This document shows positions 15,957 through 21,396 of a DNA stretch of 24,080 nt, piece by piece. Under the pieces are notes generated by a model. That model was not told where the DNA came from. It did no database searches and was given only the letters and a program-made list of their open reading frames with translations. Position 1 is the first letter of the stretch; the number at the start of each line of letters is the position of its first letter. The stretch comes from a virus (taxonomy: Duplodnaviria > Heunggongvirae > Uroviricota > Caudoviricetes): IMG/VR virus record IMGVR_UViG_3300028025_004880, one strand, 5' to 3'. The position numbers and the translations under genes were made by a program.

Positions 15957-16235
15957 ATGAGTAACTTAACCCCGTTCGAGATTCGCCTAGAACTTTTAAA
16001 AATGGCGAAGGATATGCTTTCCGAGGAATACTACGGTAAGCGTGAAGTAATTAGCAACGACTGGCAAACTAAAGTCGAATCCGCTAAAATCAATGGTGGC
16101 ACGATTCCTGATCATCCAGGATTCCCTGCTTATCCAATCGAAAGCGATATCATTGCAAAGGCGCAAGTCCTAAATGGTTTCGTTTCAAACGTCCCCCAAG
16201 ATACAACAAAGACTATTAGCAAGAAGTCAACCTGA
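15957..16235 (+). CDS. Conserved T4-like hypothetical protein (late)
   Basis: Strong AAGGAG SD; TPFEIRLELLKMAKDML...YP...II.KA..LNGFVS. Confidence 0.8.
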   Translation: MSNLTPFEIRLELLKMAKDMLSEEYYGKREVISNDWQTKVESAKINGGTIPDHPGFPAYPIESDIIAKAQVLNGFVSNVPQDTTKTISKKST

Positions 16236-16245
16236 TACGGGATCG

Positions 16246-16275
16246 GGAAGGTATGTTCACGCATACCTTCCTTTA
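16246..16275 (+). terminator. Intrinsic terminator-like hairpin
   Basis: Perfect 10-bp stem GGAAGGTATG/CATACCTTCC with a 6-nt loop and a short T tail. Confidence 0.65.
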
Positions 16276-16294
16276 ACTAATTAAGGAGATAAAA

Positions 16295-16930
16295 TTGCAT
16301 AAGACAATTTTTTTAATCATAACTACAATAATATTTTCAATAACAACAATAGTGCTGGCAAATAACAACTCACTATTTCCTATTCGTGTAACAGCTGATC
16401 AATTAACTAATAAGGCTAGAGCGGAAGTAGAGTGTTTAGCAGATAACATATTTTTCGAAGCAGCATATGAACCAATCGAAGGTCAAAGAGCAGTGGGTAT
16501 AGTAACCCTCAATCGTGTTCGTTCTGGACAGTTTGGAAACAACATATGCTCTGTTGTGAAAGAAAGAAGCCATAGAACATGTCAATTCTCATGGTATTGC
16601 CAAGATCGCGAAAGATCTATGGCTTATAATAAAGAACGTCTTTTTTCTGATAGACAAAAAGATGTGTATGAAAAAGTATATAATGTGGCATTAGACCTAT
16701 ATGTAAACTCTCATACCATAAAAGATAATACAGGAGGTGCTCTGTTTTATCACGCTGATTATGTGAACCCAAAGTGGAACCATCTAAATAGAACTGTTAA
16801 GATTGGTTCACACATTTTTTATAAACATGGAGAGAAGTATGCCCACCAACATGATGCAAAAATTAAATCTAGAATTGAAAACGAGCGACAGTTTGTCGCA
16901 TTCGTTCTTCCCTCTAATGGAGGATATTAA
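16295..16930 (+). CDS. SleB-like cell wall hydrolase (Hydrolase_2) with N-terminal signal/TM segment
   Basis: ECLADNIFFEA, AVG.VTLNRV, ICSVV, CQFSW, GALFYHADYVNPKW, IGSHIFY. TTG start with AAGGAG SD. Confidence 0.88.
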   Translation: MHKTIFLIITTIIFSITTIVLANNNSLFPIRVTADQLTNKARAEVECLADNIFFEAAYEPIEGQRAVGIVTLNRVRSGQFGNNICSVVKERSHRTCQFSWYCQDRERSMAYNKERLFSDRQKDVYEKVYNVALDLYVNSHTIKDNTGGALFYHADYVNPKWNHLNRTVKIGSHIFYKHGEKYAHQHDAKIKSRIENERQFVAFVLPSNGGY

Positions 16931-17411
16931 TTTACAAGTCGCAAAATCTTGCGTAGAGTGGATCTTTGAGGCAAACTTTGCTGAGGAAAGACCATCGTTA
17001 TTGAATTTACTGATAACAAGTCCAGGTGGAGATCTTACGGCAGCATTTGCGCTGATAGATGTTATACGTGGATCTGCTATACCAGTAAGAACAATCGGAT
17101 TGGGACAGGTATCTAGCGCAGGACTTTTAGTCTTCACAGCAGGAACCAAAGGTATGCGTGTCCTAACACCAAACACTTCAGTTCTGAGTCATCAATACTC
17201 ATGGGGTGCGTTTGGAAAAGAGCATGAACTTTTTGCTACGGTAAAAGAATTTGATTTAACTACAAAAAGAATGATCGCTCACTATAAGAAATGTACTGGT
17301 TTGACTGAGGCAAAGATACGTGAAACTTTACTACCACCACAAGATATTTGGTTATCCGCTGAGGAAGCACAAAAACTTGGATTGTGTGATCAAGTAAAAG
17401 ATTTGAAATAA
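16839..17411 (+). CDS. clpP: ClpP-like serine protease
   Basis: LLITSPGGD, GQVSSAG (Ser), SHQYSWG (His), QDIWLSAEEA..LGL.D (Asp). GGAGA SD lies before ATG 16839. Confidence 0.9.
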   Translation: MPTNMMQKLNLELKTSDSLSHSFFPLMEDINLQVAKSCVEWIFEANFAEERPSLLNLLITSPGGDLTAAFALIDVIRGSAIPVRTIGLGQVSSAGLLVFTAGTKGMRVLTPNTSVLSHQYSWGAFGKEHELFATVKEFDLTTKRMIAHYKKCTGLTEAKIRETLLPPQDIWLSAEEAQKLGLCDQVKDLK

Positions 17412-17412
17412 C

Positions 17413-17589
17413 ATGATGGATTTTTTAAGGTACTCTGGAATTTGGTTTGGCTTCGTTGTCAATCCATATCACTGGAGAATAAAAATAGAGTCACCAACTG
17501 ATGAATTTGACCATAGCGCACTTCATGGTATAGCAATATATCTCGGTCCATTTTGGTTTAGATTTATCATTGATGATGGAACACGTTAA
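17413..17589 (+). CDS. Small hypothetical protein, 58 aa (not in the track)
   Basis: MMDFLRYSGIWFGFVVNPYHWRIK...LGPFWFRFIIDDGTR*, filling the gap exactly. Confidence 0.65.
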   Translation: MMDFLRYSGIWFGFVVNPYHWRIKIESPTDEFDHSALHGIAIYLGPFWFRFIIDDGTR

Positions 17590-17600
17590 GGAGAAGTAAA

Positions 17601-17720
17601 ATGTTAGACACACTATTATGGGTAGCAGTAGGAGCTTTTATTGGATGGAATTTACCCCAACCACTATGGGCAAAGGTAATTCAAGAAAAACTTTCCGCAA
17701 TGTTGAAAGGTAAACAATGA
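17601..17720 (+). CDS. Small membrane protein, 39 aa (not in the track)
   Basis: AAGGAG SD; MLDTLLWVAVGAFIGWNLPQPLWAKVIQEKLSAMLKGKQ*. Stop overlaps the next ATG. Confidence 0.7.
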   Translation: MLDTLLWVAVGAFIGWNLPQPLWAKVIQEKLSAMLKGKQ

Positions 17721-17956
17721 AGATAGAAATTATTGTCGCTGCGGTATTCTGTTTCATATCAATGATCGCTTCAGTAGCGTATTATCATACGAAAGAGCAA
17801 GAAAATATTTCTAAGACCATGGCTTTGGCTATGGAAAGAGGTATTGACCCGATGGCAGTTCGTTGTTCTTATGCACAACCCAATGATATGGTCTGCGTAG
17901 CCTATGCAGCGTCTGGCAAGAGGGCTGAATCCGCTCCAATGCTGAATAAAAAGTGA
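17717..17956 (+). CDS. Small membrane-anchored hypothetical protein
   Basis: N-terminal TM helix; GIDPMAVRCSY....MVCVAYA with paired Cys. Confidence 0.7.
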   Translation: MKIEIIVAAVFCFISMIASVAYYHTKEQENISKTMALAMERGIDPMAVRCSYAQPNDMVCVAYAASGKRAESAPMLNKK

Positions 17957-17968
17957 AAAACCGCAAAA

Positions 17969-17989
17969 AACCCTACTTTTTGAAGGGTT
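17969..17989. repeat. Operator-like palindrome, copy 2
   Basis: AACCCTAC ttttt GAAGGGTT (one mismatch). Confidence 0.6.
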
Positions 17990-18019
17990 TTTAGCTGAAA
18001 ATGGTCCAAAAACCAAGAA

Positions 18020-18040
18020 AACCCTACTAAAAGTAGGGTT
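18020..18040. repeat. Operator-like palindrome, copy 3 (perfect)
   Basis: AACCCTAC taaaa GTAGGGTT, extending to an 11-bp perfect inverted repeat at 18018-18042. Confidence 0.7.
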
Positions 18041-18055
18041 TTTCACATAAAGTGC

Positions 18056-18084
18056 TTTACTTTAATTCAATAATCGTGTATAAT
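18056..18084 (+). promoter_or_regulatory. Sigma70-type early promoter (TTTACT class)
   Basis: TTTACT, 17 nt spacer, TATAAT (18079-18084). Shares CTTTACTTTAATT and GTATAATAGTCTTATGAT with the promoter at 4659. Confidence 0.8.
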
Positions 18085-18090
18085 AGTCTT

Positions 18091-18351
18091 ATGATGATTG
18101 ATAAAGGGAACGAAATGACTGAATTTGAGAAAAACTGCTACGGTATGACTGAAGCCGATATCCGCGACCAATACATGAACTCTATTACTGCTCGCTTGAG
18201 TGGTTTGGAAATGGTTGCGATGGGTGTGTTGTCTGATGCGCAAGAATTAATGACTTTTGGTCATGATCAAGCAACTGATCAAGCTCGCAAAAACATTAAC
18301 ATCGCGAAGTTTATTCTCTGTGAAATGATGGAAGCAAAGGAAACTGTATAA
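18091..18351 (+). CDS. Early hypothetical protein
   Basis: ATG 18091 (6 nt after the -10 box) is in frame with ATG 18115, which has an AAGGG SD; CYGMTEADIR...GVLSDAQELM. Confidence 0.7.
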   Translation: MMIDKGNEMTEFEKNCYGMTEADIRDQYMNSITARLSGLEMVAMGVLSDAQELMTFGHDQATDQARKNINIAKFILCEMMEAKETV

Positions 18352-18716
18352 TGACTAGCTGGGAAGAAATGTCTGTGTTGGAACAAATGCAATGCCAGTT
18401 CTGGGATATGTACAAGGATGCGTATGGCGTCCGTCCTCGTGGTATCGATACCACTAATTGGACTGAGGAAGAATTCATGGCTGAATTCGAAACTCTCGGT
18501 CGAGTCATCGAGCGTGAAGAGATTGCTCGCAAGGAAGCTGAGGCAGAAGCCACTGCCAAATTTGAGCAGCATGTTACCAACACAATTTGTATGGGCGCAA
18601 GGGATCGCGCAACTGCTCTCCGCTGGATTATGGATGCCAGTCAAGCGGATGGCGACTGGGAATACTTCTGTTTCCTCAATGGTTTGCCTTATGGCTATTT
18701 TCGGGAAGCAGCATAA
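18351..18716 (+). CDS. Early hypothetical protein
   Basis: TAATG coupling; FWDMYKDAYGVRPRG...CF.NGLPYGYF. Confidence 0.75.
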   Translation: MTSWEEMSVLEQMQCQFWDMYKDAYGVRPRGIDTTNWTEEEFMAEFETLGRVIEREEIARKEAEAEATAKFEQHVTNTICMGARDRATALRWIMDASQADGDWEYFCFLNGLPYGYFREAA

Positions 18717-18728
18717 TCTTGGTAATGC

Positions 18729-18757
18729 TTGACATTAATTCATGATTGAGGTATAAT
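18729..18757 (+). promoter_or_regulatory. Sigma70 consensus early promoter
   Basis: TTGACA, 17 nt spacer, TATAAT (18752-18757). ATG at 18764. Confidence 0.85.
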
Positions 18758-18763
18758 TATACT

Positions 18764-19099
18764 ATGATTCTTATACATACACATATTCCAAAGGCGAAGA
18801 AGCGCAAGCCTACTAAAAAACAGCGTGAGTTGAAAGCATCTTGGGAAGCCATGCTTGCTAAGTATCCAACTAAATCTGTGCCGAAAAATGTGGCTATGCC
18901 AAAACCACAACCAGCGTATCATCGTGAGACTGTTAGACATCCTAGTCTTAACAGTGGGTTGGGTAATGCTACTCTGAAACCTTCTAAGGTGTACACTGGT
19001 ACTTTGGTGAAGGGTATCGCTACTATGCATAAGTCTAATGCAGTACCTGTGTTTTCTAATGAAGAAGCTGTTGAAATTTCTAAAATGAGGAGAGGTTGA
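18764..19099 (+). CDS. Conserved T4-like basic hypothetical protein
   Basis: KVYTGTLVKGIATMHKSNAVPVF..EEA.EISKMRR motif; Lys-rich N-terminus. Confidence 0.75.
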   Translation: MILIHTHIPKAKKRKPTKKQRELKASWEAMLAKYPTKSVPKNVAMPKPQPAYHRETVRHPSLNSGLGNATLKPSKVYTGTLVKGIATMHKSNAVPVFSNEEAVEISKMRRG

Positions 19100-19101
19100 T
19101 T

Positions 19102-19386
19102 ATGGAACTACATGTTTCTGAGTATTATGAAAAGTTTTCTTTGTGTGCAATTGATCGCGATTTGCCAGCACTAGTGCGTTTACGCAATTCGTTGCTTAGC
19201 GATCGTCAAAAGATGGACTCATGGTTCGACAAATTTTTGGATAAATGTAACAAGAGAATGGATTCTTCCAAACTTGACACACCCGAGTGGAAGTTATATA
19301 ATAAAAAGTCAGAAGAATATAGTGAGTTGAATCGCTTAATCGTTTCAGCTGATGCCTATATCCGAAAGGTTGAAACTAATGTTTGA
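19102..19386 (+). CDS. Hypothetical helical protein
   Basis: GGAGAGG SD before ATG 19102; coupled to gene 33. Confidence 0.7.
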   Translation: MELHVSEYYEKFSLCAIDRDLPALVRLRNSLLSDRQKMDSWFDKFLDKCNKRMDSSKLDTPEWKLYNKKSEEYSELNRLIVSADAYIRKVETNV

Positions 19387-19594
19387 AGATAGTGGTTCTT
19401 TTTCGTTATACATTGAGCAGATAGTGAAGGATAAAAAGTGTACGCATCTTGATGCTGTTCTTAAATACTGTGAAGAAAATTATATTGACCCACAGGATAT
19501 AAAGTCTCTGGTCAGCAAATCGCTCAAACAAAAGATTGAAGCGAACTTTATTGAAATGAATTTTTTACCTAAACAAGCAAAACTAGATGTGTGA
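19379..19594 (+). CDS. 33: T4 gp33-like late transcription coactivator
   Basis: FS..IEQIV......LDAVL.YCEEN.ID..DI..LVSKSLK.KIEA.....NFLPK; position before genes 59 and 32. Confidence 0.85.
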   Translation: MFEDSGSFSLYIEQIVKDKKCTHLDAVLKYCEENYIDPQDIKSLVSKSLKQKIEANFIEMNFLPKQAKLDV

Positions 19595-20199
19595 TGGATG
19601 GATTTAAAGCGTACAAATATTACATCGCTGTAAAATTACACTTTACAACCGATAATTTTAATGTGTTCGTTAACCCAAACGTAAAAGGAAGTCGTGATGT
19701 TTTTGAGTCTAGGAATGATCGTAGAATATTTGAGAATCTTGCGAGAAGGTTCGACAAAGACTTTGATATCATACAGTTCTATGTTGCAAACTTTGCTTAT
19801 GGTCATGATGCCACAGTATATTCCCTTGGTGAGTCGGATCGCAATCTAACTCTTTGGCAAAAACGTAAACAATCAATTACTCAAGTGTTTCAAGCAGACT
19901 GTAATACAATTATTCTTCATATGGAAAAATCTAAGCTGAAAAGCGCAGATCTATTTGAAGCAAAGATTCCTGAATTACTCAAACTCTATCTGGGTGGTCA
20001 TATATCCATTGAGAGTATGTGTATTTTGGAAAAACTCTATGGCTATCTTGATTCTTGGAAAGCAAATACAAACTTGCTTTGGGAACAAGAATACCGTAGA
20101 ATATGTAAGTGTGGACCTTTCGTTAAATACGATGCCACAAAAATCGACTTAATCAATTCTAATTTTAAATCGGAACTAGAAGAGTTACAAAATGGCTAA
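19594..20199 (+). CDS. 59: T4 gp59-like helicase loader
   Basis: GFKAYKYYIAVKLHFTTDNFNVF, F..RND..IF..LA, LKLYLGG.ISIES; synteny 33-59-32. Confidence 0.85.
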   Translation: MDGFKAYKYYIAVKLHFTTDNFNVFVNPNVKGSRDVFESRNDRRIFENLARRFDKDFDIIQFYVANFAYGHDATVYSLGESDRNLTLWQKRKQSITQVFQADCNTIILHMEKSKLKSADLFEAKIPELLKLYLGGHISIESMCILEKLYGYLDSWKANTNLLWEQEYRRICKCGPFVKYDATKIDLINSNFKSELEELQNG

Positions 20200-20392
20200 G
20201 ACGAGGAAGTTAAATCATCGGGACATTGATGATGATTTTCAAAGAAAGAAGCATCCGAGCAAACAGCAAGGTATGCGTATTATAAATAGATGGGTCGAGG
20301 AAGACTATGATGATGGATATCTAGATGATGAAGATGATGAAGACACACTACCTTCTAAGACACATACATTTAAACAAAAATTTATACTTTAA
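20192..20392 (+). CDS. Small protein with basic N-terminus and acidic C-terminal patch
   Basis: 66-aa ORF overlapping the gp59 stop; it contains the late promoter for gene 32. Confidence 0.5.
   Translation: MAKTRKLNHRDIDDDFQRKKHPSKQQGMRIINRWVEEDYDDGYLDDEDDEDTLPSKTHTFKQKFIL
20281..20288 (+). promoter_or_regulatory. T4-type late promoter upstream of gene 32
   Basis: Exact TATAAATA about 130 nt before the gene 32 ATG. Confidence 0.65.
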
Positions 20393-20416
20393 CATACTTT
20401 AAACAAAGGAAATACG

Positions 20417-21346
20417 ATGGACATTCAAACACTACGCAAAATGCGCAACACCGACTTCTCTAAAATCGCATCTGAGTTCGACAAGATCGCGAGTCCAGCA
20501 GGAGAAAAAAAATCCTATGATGACGACCGAATCTGGAAATTAACACCAGATAAAGCTGGTAACGCATCTGCGGTTATTCGGTTCTTACCACATACTCAAG
20601 GCGACGAACTCCCATTCGTTAAAGTCTTCAGTCATTCATTCCAAGGTCCAACTGGAAAGTGGTATATTCAAAACTCTCTTACTACTCTTGGTGAAAATGA
20701 TCCAGTTGGTGAACTCAATTCTAAGTTGTGGAACTCAGGATCTGAATCCAATAAGGAAATTGCTCGCAAGCAAAAACGTAAGTTGAGTTTCGTTGCTAAC
20801 ATCTATATTGTTAGTGACCCAGCAAAACCAGAAAACAACGGCAAGGTATTCTTGTTTAAATTCGGCAAGAAAATCTTCGACAAACTTATGGACAAAGCTC
20901 GTCCTACCTTCGCTGAAGATAAACCAGTAAACGTCTTTGATTTGTGGGAAGGCGCAGACTTTAAACTACGTATGCGCAAAGTTGATGGTTACCCAAACTA
21001 TGACCAATCTACATTTGCTGATGCTTCACCATTATTGGGTGGAGATGAAGAGCAACTTCTTGAAGTAGTCGGTAAACAATATCGATTGGCAGAGTTCCTT
21101 GATCGTAAGAACTTTAAGTCTTATGAAGAACTATCCCGAATCCTTAGCGATGTGTTAAGTGAAGGTGGGTCAGCTGTTCGCAGTGCTGCTTCGATGTCTG
21201 AAGATGATGATTATGTTGCACCAGTTCCACCAAAGTCAGTTGGTGCTTCTAAGCCAGCGCCAGCACCAAAGGTAGCTACTAACTCTACGCCAGATGATGA
21301 CGAAGATGTTATGGCTTACTTTAATAAGATCGCCCAAGAATCATAA
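20417..21346 (+). CDS. 32: T4 gp32-like single-stranded DNA-binding protein
   Basis: WKLTPDKAGNASAVIRFLP, HSFQGPTGKWYIQNSLTTLG..DPV, VFLFKFGKKIFDK, FD.WEGADFKL, NYD.S.F, acidic tail. Confidence 0.96.
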   Translation: MDIQTLRKMRNTDFSKIASEFDKIASPAGEKKSYDDDRIWKLTPDKAGNASAVIRFLPHTQGDELPFVKVFSHSFQGPTGKWYIQNSLTTLGENDPVGELNSKLWNSGSESNKEIARKQKRKLSFVANIYIVSDPAKPENNGKVFLFKFGKKIFDKLMDKARPTFAEDKPVNVFDLWEGADFKLRMRKVDGYPNYDQSTFADASPLLGGDEEQLLEVVGKQYRLAEFLDRKNFKSYEELSRILSDVLSEGGSAVRSAASMSEDDDYVAPVPPKSVGASKPAPAPKVATNSTPDDDEDVMAYFNKIAQES

Positions 21347-21364
21347 AGCGATTTTCATAGCAAT

Positions 21365-21396
21365 AAAAAAGCCACCTTCGGGTGGCTTTTCTTTTT
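21365..21396. terminator. Bidirectional intrinsic terminator with C(UUCG)G tetraloop
   Basis: AAAAAAGCCACC-TTCG-GGTGGCTTTTCTTTTT between convergent genes. Confidence 0.92.
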
